Positions 13,006-21,212 of a stretch of DNA of 38,699 bases are shown here, piece after piece. This DNA comes from a virus (taxonomy: Duplodnaviria > Caudoviricetes): the IMG/VR virus record IMGVR_UViG_3300030117_006473, positions 1 to 38,699 of that record, one strand, 5' to 3'. The translations under genes and the position numbers were made by a program. The stretch's first letter is position 1. Each line of letters begins with the position of its first letter. The notes beneath the pieces are model-generated. The model made no database searches, was not told the origin of the DNA, and worked only from the letters and a program-made list of their open reading frames with translations.

Positions 13006-14655
13006 TTATCTCCAACTTACGGATGCGGGTCTAAAGGGTGACTTTGCTTGTTGCTTTTTGCTGCGACGATGATCGTCAAGCTGCCTGATTGTAACTTGTC
13101 CAGCCGAATATGTGCTAGGTTCCTCTCGGGCGGGCGCGTGAAACCGTCTTTTCGAGAGAATGTCGGCTGCCATGACGGCTGTTCGTGCGCGGTCAAAGTG
13201 GTGCAGAATTCCGTCTTCGCCCTTTACTCGCTTCTTCGTTGAGCCGTCATAGTTGAGAAGTTGATGCAGCGTTCCTCGACTTTGTATCTTGAGGTCACCT
13301 TGTCGGAGCATCTGAACCAATCGTGCTTCAGACTCTTGGATTTTCTTTTGTGTCGCGTACCAACCGGGATGGTTTCGACTGGTCCACAAAAGATTGCGAA
13401 CATTCTGGTCTTTTAGAATCGCAATGCACGCAGTTGCGTTTGACTCGACTGCCAACAGAGCTTGGTTGTAGCGGTCTTGTATGGTGCGAAGTCTTTGAGC
13501 GAATCGATCTGGCGGCTCGCGGTCTTCCCAGAACGCCACCTCTTTCCAGTCGATCGCATCCCACACAGTGAGTGCCGACTTGTCACCAGTACTACCAAAA
13601 CCTGCTGGGTCTGCCGTAATCAAGTACTGCTTTCCGGGTTGTGGTCCTTCAAACTCGTGACACATCGAGGGGCACAACTCGGGATCAGGCTTGGCTTGTG
13701 CGAGCCACGGCTTCAAAACTTCTGCTGGCATGACGGGATTGGTTGTTCCCAACCAACCGTCGTACGAATCAGAGGGGTACTTGCATGAGAACAAACGTGT
13801 GTCCCCCACAAACTCCGTGTTGAGCCCCCGCCTCCGAAACGCGATGTTCGCCAAATTCATTCCCGGATGACGCTGCAAGTAATCTCTTTCGGTCGCCGTA
13901 AGCTGAAAGTTCTCGACCACTTCCCGACAGCTATCGTCTTCCCACCACTCCAAAAACAACGGATAAAACCTACTGGTTCCCTGCAACGCCGAACGCCACA
14001 TCTGTTCGTGGTGAGACCCCGCTCTGCCGGGAGTGGATTCCAGTATGACTTTTGCGTTTGGTCTTTTGTTTACGGTAGGGAAAATGTTGATTGCTGCTTT
14101 TCGTTGCCATTGAGCTTCACCAAACTCAGTAATGACAAGACGGTCAATCGATCGACCAATTGCTGGTGATCGACCGCCAGCAGTAAGAACTTTAATTCCA
14201 CCACCATGAATAAACTGCATTTGAGTTGCGCCAGCTTTTCGTCCGGGAGCAAGAGGCATCTTTACGTCGTCGGGCAATCGGTTGTACGCAAACAAAATTC
14301 GCTCAAAAATATCTTCGGCAGTGTCTTGGCGCTCTGCAATAAGCAAACCTTTTACGCCACTTAAGTACATACAGTCTCTGAGTAAAAGCATCACAGACAC
14401 AGTTGTAATCTTGGCCTGACGAAACTTGTTGACCATTATCCATCTGTTTTCGTCATACGCTTTTAGAAGTTTCTTTTGCGTATGCGTAGGCTCCATGTAG
14501 CCTGTAGACTCATCCTCTCGGACAATCTGACACATAGATACAAAGGCATCAGGCGTTGAGAACAACGCACGTATTTTTCCCTGATGCAATCCCGGTGCAT
14601 CTGCAAAGTCTGCACCACTGTGAGAATTGTCTTGTTTTTTCTTCGCCTTAGCCAT
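13006..14655 (-). CDS. terL: Terminase large subunit
   Basis: Walker A-like KFRQAKIT, Walker B LVITE, coupling motif ILESTP, RNase H-like nuclease ADPAG...DKSA...AVESN...HFD. Confidence 0.95.
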   Translation of the reverse strand: MAKAKKKQDNSHSGADFADAPGLHQGKIRALFSTPDAFVSMCQIVREDESTGYMEPTHTQKKLLKAYDENRWIMVNKFRQAKITTVSVMLLLRDCMYLSGVKGLLIAERQDTAEDIFERILFAYNRLPDDVKMPLAPGRKAGATQMQFIHGGGIKVLTAGGRSPAIGRSIDRLVITEFGEAQWQRKAAINIFPTVNKRPNAKVILESTPGRAGSHHEQMWRSALQGTSRFYPLFLEWWEDDSCREVVENFQLTATERDYLQRHPGMNLANIAFRRRGLNTEFVGDTRLFSCKYPSDSYDGWLGTTNPVMPAEVLKPWLAQAKPDPELCPSMCHEFEGPQPGKQYLITADPAGFGSTGDKSALTVWDAIDWKEVAFWEDREPPDRFAQRLRTIQDRYNQALLAVESNATACIAILKDQNVRNLLWTSRNHPGWYATQKKIQESEARLVQMLRQGDLKIQSRGTLHQLLNYDGSTKKRVKGEDGILHHFDRARTAVMAADILSKRRFHAPAREEPSTYSAGQVTIRQLDDHRRSKKQQAKSPFRPASVSWR

Positions 14656-14661
14656 GCGGTA

Positions 14662-14670
14662 ACCATATCA
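14662..14670 (-). promoter_or_regulatory. Extended -10 (TGATATGGT) 6 nt upstream of the terL ATG; probable leaderless promoter
   Basis: No SD before ATG 14655; spacing places the transcription start on the A of ATG. Confidence 0.5.
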
Positions 14671-14837
14671 CGTAATCGAAATACAAAATCAGGTTTGTTT
14701 ATTGCTCACTAGAGCCACATGTTGTATACCTTAACCACGCACCCAATTCGCGGTCGGGTAGCTCATGGAGTCCGACGATAACGCACCGGGCAGGCGGATC
14801 GTAGTTTTTTCCTTCAAACACAATCTGTGAGAACAAA

Positions 14838-15887
14838 ATGTCTATCAGTACTGAACTGCTGAATACTACGTTTGCGGACCTCCGCGGACCTCTGGTTAAC
14901 TCTTTTGTTCGTAGCAATGAACTGTTCGAAGCACTTAACACTAAAGCTCGCATGCCCATGGAAGGCGGAACAAAGATTGAACGTTCCTTTTCCGGTGGTG
15001 CCCCTGCTCGTGGTGTTGGTGTCTACGTCGGTGACGAGCTACTGAACATGACACGTCGTCAACAAATCCGTAAGTTTGAGGTTGAGCCTCATCGTTTGGT
15101 AATGGCTGTGAACATTCCCAAGCGTGAACTCGCTCAGAACTCTGGCAAGTTGGCAATCATTCGCTTGATCGAAGAGTACCCACAAACCTCGATGGAAGCC
15201 GCAAAGGCTGACCTGAACAAGTTCCTTCTGACTGGTGTCAGCCGTGGACTTGCTTTTCAGACTTCGGAGTTGAAGGGATTCCTTTCGCTTAACGGTCAAG
15301 TCAACGATGGAATTGGAACTGGCGTCACTAACGGTCTTTTGGACTTTGTGGCTATCGAGTCTCAAAGTGATTCCGTTCAAAATGTCACAAAGAGCAACAC
15401 CTACTTCCACTTCAACCAATACAACGACATTTCGGCGTTTGCTACCAACGGTATTACGCAACTTCGTAAGACGTATCGTCAGTGCGCTCACTACGCTGGT
15501 GGCATCGGTAAGGGTCCAGACATGATCTACATGGATGATGACACTTACACGAACTTCGAAGATGATCGTCGTAACAACGTTCGCGTTACCCTTGTTGACG
15601 ACAAGATTGACAAAGGCAACACCTTGGGCTTGAACCTTGGTCTTGCAACTGTCACCTCGTCGATTGACTTGGATCGCGGGGACTTCAGTAGCGATGCCGC
15701 TGATGGCGTCACTTACATGCTCAACACGGACTACATCGAGTTCCCAATGCTTGAAGCCCCGAACATCTCGGAGTTCAAGGAGCGGGTTGGCGATCAGGAC
15801 GTGGTAACCGCAATCTTCGCAATGCAAGGCAACATGATCTGCACTAAGCTTCCGGCTCAGGGTTGTGTGTCTGGCGGCGCGGCTTAA
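14838..15887 (+). CDS. Major capsid protein
   Basis: 349 aa; first gene of the structural operon; L.TT...N.LF.AL..K....GG.KI N-terminus and TYMLNTDYI...GNMIC..L..QG C-terminus typical of phage MCPs. Confidence 0.88.
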   Translation: MSISTELLNTTFADLRGPLVNSFVRSNELFEALNTKARMPMEGGTKIERSFSGGAPARGVGVYVGDELLNMTRRQQIRKFEVEPHRLVMAVNIPKRELAQNSGKLAIIRLIEEYPQTSMEAAKADLNKFLLTGVSRGLAFQTSELKGFLSLNGQVNDGIGTGVTNGLLDFVAIESQSDSVQNVTKSNTYFHFNQYNDISAFATNGITQLRKTYRQCAHYAGGIGKGPDMIYMDDDTYTNFEDDRRNNVRVTLVDDKIDKGNTLGLNLGLATVTSSIDLDRGDFSSDAADGVTYMLNTDYIEFPMLEAPNISEFKERVGDQDVVTAIFAMQGNMICTKLPAQGCVSGGAA

Positions 15888-15898
15888 GGAGGTAAATC

Positions 15899-16429
15899 AT
15901 GGCTGGTTCTTTTACTACTGGTGCAAGTGTTGTTGACGGATCTGATGCCGTAAGCCCATTTGCCGCAGTTTACGATAATGAAGTTTACCCTTTGGGTACT
16001 CTTCGGACTCAACCTGCGGACGAGGTTGTTGCTTCAAATTCCACTCATTCTGGTGATCGGACTTGGGTCTTCGTTTTTAACGACGAAGCATCAACTGCTT
16101 TCGCTCAGGGAGACCTTATTTCGATTGATACAGGCGACTACGCTGCGTTCAACGGAATTGTGTCTGCTGCAGCAGCAACGTCTGCCGGTTTGATCCTTGG
16201 GGTAGCCGGAGGCGCGATTGCAGCCGGTAAGTACGGTTGGATCATTAAGTCAGGCATTTGCGAGGCCAAGGGTGACGGCAGCGTCAACCAAGGCGAGTTA
16301 ATTGTTTCTCACACTTCAGGTCAGGTTGATACCATGGGCTCTGGAGAGGAAGCTGCAATTATCGGCGTTGCTCTTGAGGATGATGGTTCTGCAGGCGCTT
16401 TGTTTACCGTTAAGGTCGACATCCCGTAG
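15899..16429 (+). CDS. Capsid decoration/cement-like protein
   Basis: TAAGGAGGT SD; directly follows MCP; Gly/Ala-rich beta protein with GVA...I.AG.YGWI...G and IIGVALE motifs. Confidence 0.75.
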   Translation: MAGSFTTGASVVDGSDAVSPFAAVYDNEVYPLGTLRTQPADEVVASNSTHSGDRTWVFVFNDEASTAFAQGDLISIDTGDYAAFNGIVSAAAATSAGLILGVAGGAIAAGKYGWIIKSGICEAKGDGSVNQGELIVSHTSGQVDTMGSGEEAAIIGVALEDDGSAGALFTVKVDIP

Positions 16430-16451
16430 TCATTGACTTCGTGATACACTT

Positions 16452-16490
16452 GAGGGGCGTAGCTTTCGGGTTACGCCCCTCTCGTCTTTT
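16452..16490 (+). terminator. Intrinsic terminator-like hairpin after the capsid genes (probably leaky)
   Basis: GAGGGGCGTAGCT-TTCG-GGTTACGCCCCTC 13-bp stem followed by an interrupted T tract TCGTCTTTT. Confidence 0.75.
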
Positions 16491-16499
16491 GGAGGCTTT

Positions 16500-18236
16500 G
16501 TGAACGTATCTTTGAAGATGTTGCGTCAGCAGTTGTACGCAATGAGATCTTGGGATTCAAGCGGTAAGACTCAAGACGAAAAAGTCCGTCAGTCTTTGAA
16601 CGTCGCTCTGGATCGAATGGCAAATGATGTTCCGCAGGCAATCGTTCCTGATGAAGAACACATTGTGCTGCTTCCAGAAGTAAAGAGTGACGCCACTGAT
16701 GTTGCGGCATTGGTAGGCACGTACAAAAACGACAAACGTCTGTTGTATTTTGTTGACGCGACGACTCGTGAAGGTATTGCAGGTCCAACCAGTACCACTT
16801 CGTGGAGACCTGAAGTCACGGGTGAGTGGGATGGTCTGATGCACATTGAGCTTACAGACTCGGCTGGACGGATACATCGCCGACAATGTCTGGAGTGGTT
16901 TATCAAATCAGATACCGATCCAGTCACGAGCACTAATGTCAGTCAGTACGTGGTTACAATTGACCGTCCGTTTAATGAGTTGCTGAGTTTAACTTCAAGT
17001 AGTGGCGGTTTGAAGTTTAGGATTTATCAGCCTGAGTTTTTCTTAACGGATGATGTCACGGAGCTTTTTGAGCCCGGTAGGATTTTTGACGGCACTCGCC
17101 AGCAAGTCTGGAAGATTGATACGGCTGGGGCATATCGACAAGATATGCTTGACTTTCAAGGTGAGTCAGCGGGAAGACCGTATCGATGCTGGCGGGGCCG
17201 TCATTTTCAGTTGCCCGCACCGACAGAGGCACCGCAGGTGGTGACGGCGGAGAACTCTAAGAATTCTGTTCTCGAAGATAAGTTTACGTGGAAGGAGGAC
17301 TTAGGTCTCCGTCGCGGAAAGTGGGCGATTTGCTACACGTATGTGTGGGGCCGCAAGGATGAGGAGTGGCAGAAGTCTCCGTTGGTGACTCCGGGAGGCG
17401 ACACAGCGCAAGATAGTTCATTTGGTCTGACGTGGGCCTACAACAAGAACTCTGTTCCGTCTGAAGTCAATCAGTTCTCAGGGATTCACGATCCTCAGTT
17501 TGAGAGTGCTCCGTCGCCGATTACTGAGTTTCAGCAAAAGTCTCCATCGAAAGGAGGCGGGGCTCTTGTAATCTCGGCAACCAACATTGACGCCATGTTA
17601 GGGTTTGCCGACTCTACCTACGCTCGGTTTGGCCGAACAGGTTTGCGGATTCGATACTACGTGGCGCACTTGGACGCTAACGAGAAAGATAAGGGCGCGT
17701 TCAACGCAACGGAAACCAGCAATCGATTCTATATGCTTTGCGAGGTTGAGCCTACTTTCGACCTTGTTGCGACGCTTCACGAAGATGGAGTCACTACACC
17801 AGATTCGATTACGAAGCTCAGTAGCTCCGCGATTACGGGCGGTCGAATCGTTTGGACAGGCACAGAGCTATACGACTATCAGCGACCCTTGAAGCACAGT
17901 ACGGGGTACTTTGCGTGGAAGGTATTCCCTCATCAAGACCAGCGGTATGAGATTGACTTTCGTGTGTCACGTCTGCCAAAGAAGTTCATTACAGATCAAG
18001 ACACAGCACCGATTCATCCTGAAGCAGTGCCCACTTTGATCGAGCTTGCTTTGTACTACGTGAGTCTGACGGATGGAAATGATCAAAACAGCGCACAAGC
18101 TCACTTGAATCGATACCAAGATTTAGTTCGTGTCTTCCGAGATCGATACGGAAATAGTGGTAGGATTGTCGAACCGGTTCCGATTTTGGGTTATCCTTTC
18201 CGGCACCGTTACGGTACGTTCAGTTCTACAGAGTAA
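16500..18236 (+). CDS. Head-tail adaptor / tail tubular A-like protein with large insertion (578 aa)
   Basis: GGAGG SD with GTG start; N-terminal helices (..SLNVALDRM) and C-terminal FP..D..Y......LP.....D.D...I.P.....L...A pattern of podophage adaptors. Confidence 0.7.
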   Translation: MNVSLKMLRQQLYAMRSWDSSGKTQDEKVRQSLNVALDRMANDVPQAIVPDEEHIVLLPEVKSDATDVAALVGTYKNDKRLLYFVDATTREGIAGPTSTTSWRPEVTGEWDGLMHIELTDSAGRIHRRQCLEWFIKSDTDPVTSTNVSQYVVTIDRPFNELLSLTSSSGGLKFRIYQPEFFLTDDVTELFEPGRIFDGTRQQVWKIDTAGAYRQDMLDFQGESAGRPYRCWRGRHFQLPAPTEAPQVVTAENSKNSVLEDKFTWKEDLGLRRGKWAICYTYVWGRKDEEWQKSPLVTPGGDTAQDSSFGLTWAYNKNSVPSEVNQFSGIHDPQFESAPSPITEFQQKSPSKGGGALVISATNIDAMLGFADSTYARFGRTGLRIRYYVAHLDANEKDKGAFNATETSNRFYMLCEVEPTFDLVATLHEDGVTTPDSITKLSSSAITGGRIVWTGTELYDYQRPLKHSTGYFAWKVFPHQDQRYEIDFRVSRLPKKFITDQDTAPIHPEAVPTLIELALYYVSLTDGNDQNSAQAHLNRYQDLVRVFRDRYGNSGRIVEPVPILGYPFRHRYGTFSSTE

Positions 18237-18252
18237 ACACTAAGAGGTATCT

Positions 18253-18753
18253 ATGTCCGTGAAGATTTATCCAACGCTAACCGCCATTCCGAGAGTCAAA
18301 GTCGGCGATGTCATGTTTCGTCGAACGCTTATCAACCAGTATGAAGAAGCCATGGTGGTAAGCATCTTGAGCAGCAGCCCAGACTCACCGTCATGGTCGG
18401 CAACGCTCATGACCAAGAATGGAATCGAGCACGTCAGCGGACATGTTGAGCATCGGTCAGTTCACAATTGGATGCCTGTGGGTTGGGTGTTTGACGCTGA
18501 TAAGGTTGGCTGGGTTCCGCCTAAGTCGCTTCTTCGAGATGACAGCAAAGATGTTGAGATCGAAGATCCTGTTGAAGCACAAAAGATTCACGAAGAAACC
18601 ATTGTCGAAGTTCCAGCACCATGGAACAACGAAAAGTACATGACTTGGCGCGCTCGCGTCTTAAAATCTCAACCGGCTCTTCGAAAGGACCAAGACATCT
18701 ACAATAAGTTGTCTGCTGCTTGGAAAGAAAAGCAATATGAGATTACCCTTTAA
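18253..18753 (+). CDS. Hypothetical protein (166 aa)
   Basis: GAGGT SD; located within the structural operon. Confidence 0.8.
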   Translation: MSVKIYPTLTAIPRVKVGDVMFRRTLINQYEEAMVVSILSSSPDSPSWSATLMTKNGIEHVSGHVEHRSVHNWMPVGWVFDADKVGWVPPKSLLRDDSKDVEIEDPVEAQKIHEETIVEVPAPWNNEKYMTWRARVLKSQPALRKDQDIYNKLSAAWKEKQYEITL

Positions 18754-18767
18754 TTTGAGGTGATCGA

Positions 18768-21212
18768 GTGGGTGGACCAGCAGAACAAGTAACCGATACT
18801 GTGATCATTGCTCCCGGTGAGGGGCGACTGGTCTACCCATCAAAATCACTTGCTTGGTTGGTCGAAAACCTTGAAGTTGGGCCGGACAATGTTCTTTCGA
18901 GTATTGTCGGCCCTTCTATTCTAAAGATCAAACCCCAAGCGTTTGCTACATCTTCAGGCGCGTTTCAAAGCACCGAGGTTACAAAGTCTGTTGAGAAGAC
19001 TCTGGGGTCTGAGATTGGCGGAGACGCGCCGATCTATGGGTTCAAGACGGGAAAGCCTCACAGCGTGTTTTTTGCGCGATTGAAGAACGGTGGCGCAGAC
19101 ACTTTGCTGTATCGGTTCGGATCAAAGCTGTACAAGTTTAACGGCGGCGCGTCCGATGCAGATGAAGTAATCCTGTCGAACATCAGCACGGCCAACAACC
19201 CCGACTATCCCGATCAGTATGTTGTGATCAATGACAGGATAGTATTCACAAACGGTGTTGACAGGGCTAAAGTCATTTCCTTCGACGGCAATGTGGTTGA
19301 CTTAGGATTCTCAAAGAGGGCGACAACTCCTGTGGTCTCCAGTCCAAGTCAGCCTGACTACGACGAGGTCCCGTTGTTTTATCCCAACTCTATGGGGTAC
19401 TCATATCCGGGCCGGATCGGAACACCCGGCGATGTGCTGACAGGTCGCGATGGCTCTTTGCTTGCGGGGTCTTGGTACTACTACGTTCAATACGAAGACG
19501 TATACGGCAACTTGTCTGAGTTTTCTTTGGCAAGTGAGTCTGCCGTCATACGGTCGAACCAAGCCAAACCGTTTAAAAGTTTTGAGGAAACCGACGCGGG
19601 TTTTGTCGTAAAGGATGGTCGTTATACCGCGCCTGACCCCGATGACGACGGAAGTTTTACATCTCTTGACCGGGTTGAGCCGCCAGAGGGCAGCGAAATT
19701 GACGACTTGACTCGGCGTTTTTTGATTCGTTCGACGGGAAGCGCACCAAGTCATGCGGTTGCGACAAGAGTCTTTCGAACTCAAGACACACAACATCGAG
19801 ATTCGACGCCTCGGTTTTTGACTCGCATTCCGGGATCGTTGCCGTTTATTCATGACGACAATGCGGCAGACACGGATCTCGGAGAAGAATGGGACCAAGT
19901 AGTCAGCGTCCCTGTCTTCCGGGTTGCATGCGCCCACCAAGGCCGCTTGATTATCGCCAACACCCCCGGCGACCCCGGAATCTTGCGACGCTCCGAGCCC
20001 GGATTCCCCGGCACCTTCAAACGCGACGACTTCATATTCCCCGACAGCAGTGGGGCAGAAATCACCGCCGTGGCCTCTCACCAAGGCGTCTTGCTCGCTT
20101 TCACCAAAAACAATGTCTACGCCATTGATGACAACTTCACGGCCCCCCGACCACTCCTTCGTGGTGTTGGTTGTGTCGCTCCTCGATCAATATCAGCTTT
20201 AAAGAACGGTACGTTGATTTGGTTGAGCGAGGATGGATTTTACGGCATGGCTGGTTCTGGTGAGGTTGCGAGAATCAGTATGTCATTGGATCAAGTGTTT
20301 CGAGACGACCTAAATCATGCTCGTATGAACCTTGCAACGTCTAACATTGATGCGGAAACTGGAGAGTATCGATGCGCGTTAGCTCCAGCGGGTAACAATC
20401 GAAACCTGCTGATGTTCTGTTTTGATGGTGAGTTTTGGCGCCGACAAACTTTGGGCATCGACATTGCTGATATGTGCTCCACATCAGACTTTACTCGATA
20501 TTCTTTGGCCATTGGAACGGATATTCGAGAAGAAGATTTTGAGATTTCAAGTCCTACTGAGGACATGAATAGAATTCCTTTTGATAAAGAATTTGATCTC
20601 AGTAGAATCTTTGTGCTGAATCGTCAGTCGACAGATTATTTTGGTCCACCTCGTCGAATTCGCTATCGATCATCTTGGATTTCTGCGTCTGAGTTTGGAT
20701 TGATTCCAACTAATGTTCGAAGTTTTTATGTGGGATTGTTGGATGCTTGGGTCGGTAATGCGACTGTTCGATTTTATCGTAACGGTTCGTGGAAACCTTA
20801 TGTGGAGATTGATGATCTACTGCTTCACGGTCCCGATGACGAGTCTTCTGTGATTACAGATTCAGCCGCAACAGCAATTGTTGGTGAGTCAAAAGTTCAC
20901 AACCCTAGAATCTTTTGGCGTCAGGTCCCTGTTGACATCCAAAATGCAACTTCTTGGGCTTTTGAGATTGAAATTGTAGGAAGCCCTTCACCAAGTCCTC
21001 CTAAGACAACAAGTTATGCAACTCGTGAAGTTTCATCTTGGGTGTCTCTCTTTCGAGATTCGTTAGTCGGAAAGCGTAAATATCTTGAATTTAGTCAAGA
21101 GGAGTCTAAGTGGGAGCTTGGTCGGATGAGGATTGCTGCGTTTTCTTTCGAGATGAGTATTGCAACTAAGGGCTCGCCGCGAGGGCGAGTTCCGTTTCGT
21201 CAGGATAAGTAA
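18768..21212 (+). CDS. Tail nozzle / DNA stabilisation protein (P22 gp10 or T7 gp12-like beta-propeller)
   Basis: 814 aa; GAGGTGA SD; HQGRLII, RSEPG.P, ITAV, GVGCVAP.SI and LIWLSEDGFY blade motifs. Confidence 0.8.
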   Translation: MGGPAEQVTDTVIIAPGEGRLVYPSKSLAWLVENLEVGPDNVLSSIVGPSILKIKPQAFATSSGAFQSTEVTKSVEKTLGSEIGGDAPIYGFKTGKPHSVFFARLKNGGADTLLYRFGSKLYKFNGGASDADEVILSNISTANNPDYPDQYVVINDRIVFTNGVDRAKVISFDGNVVDLGFSKRATTPVVSSPSQPDYDEVPLFYPNSMGYSYPGRIGTPGDVLTGRDGSLLAGSWYYYVQYEDVYGNLSEFSLASESAVIRSNQAKPFKSFEETDAGFVVKDGRYTAPDPDDDGSFTSLDRVEPPEGSEIDDLTRRFLIRSTGSAPSHAVATRVFRTQDTQHRDSTPRFLTRIPGSLPFIHDDNAADTDLGEEWDQVVSVPVFRVACAHQGRLIIANTPGDPGILRRSEPGFPGTFKRDDFIFPDSSGAEITAVASHQGVLLAFTKNNVYAIDDNFTAPRPLLRGVGCVAPRSISALKNGTLIWLSEDGFYGMAGSGEVARISMSLDQVFRDDLNHARMNLATSNIDAETGEYRCALAPAGNNRNLLMFCFDGEFWRRQTLGIDIADMCSTSDFTRYSLAIGTDIREEDFEISSPTEDMNRIPFDKEFDLSRIFVLNRQSTDYFGPPRRIRYRSSWISASEFGLIPTNVRSFYVGLLDAWVGNATVRFYRNGSWKPYVEIDDLLLHGPDDESSVITDSAATAIVGESKVHNPRIFWRQVPVDIQNATSWAFEIEIVGSPSPSPPKTTSYATREVSSWVSLFRDSLVGKRKYLEFSQEESKWELGRMRIAAFSFEMSIATKGSPRGRVPFRQDK

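Noticed and set aside
13190-14140. Terminase motif variants (Walker B ITE, terminal HFD rather than HDD) as a sign of inactivity
   Set aside because: The catalytic Glu and the nuclease Asp residues are present and the ORF is intact; such variation is within the normal TerL range.
15039-15827. Long antisense ORFs (262 aa opposite the MCP; also 19401-20084, 8255-8923, 27472-28056)
   Set aside because: Shadow frames of well-supported genes with biased codon usage; no SD and no recognisable motifs.
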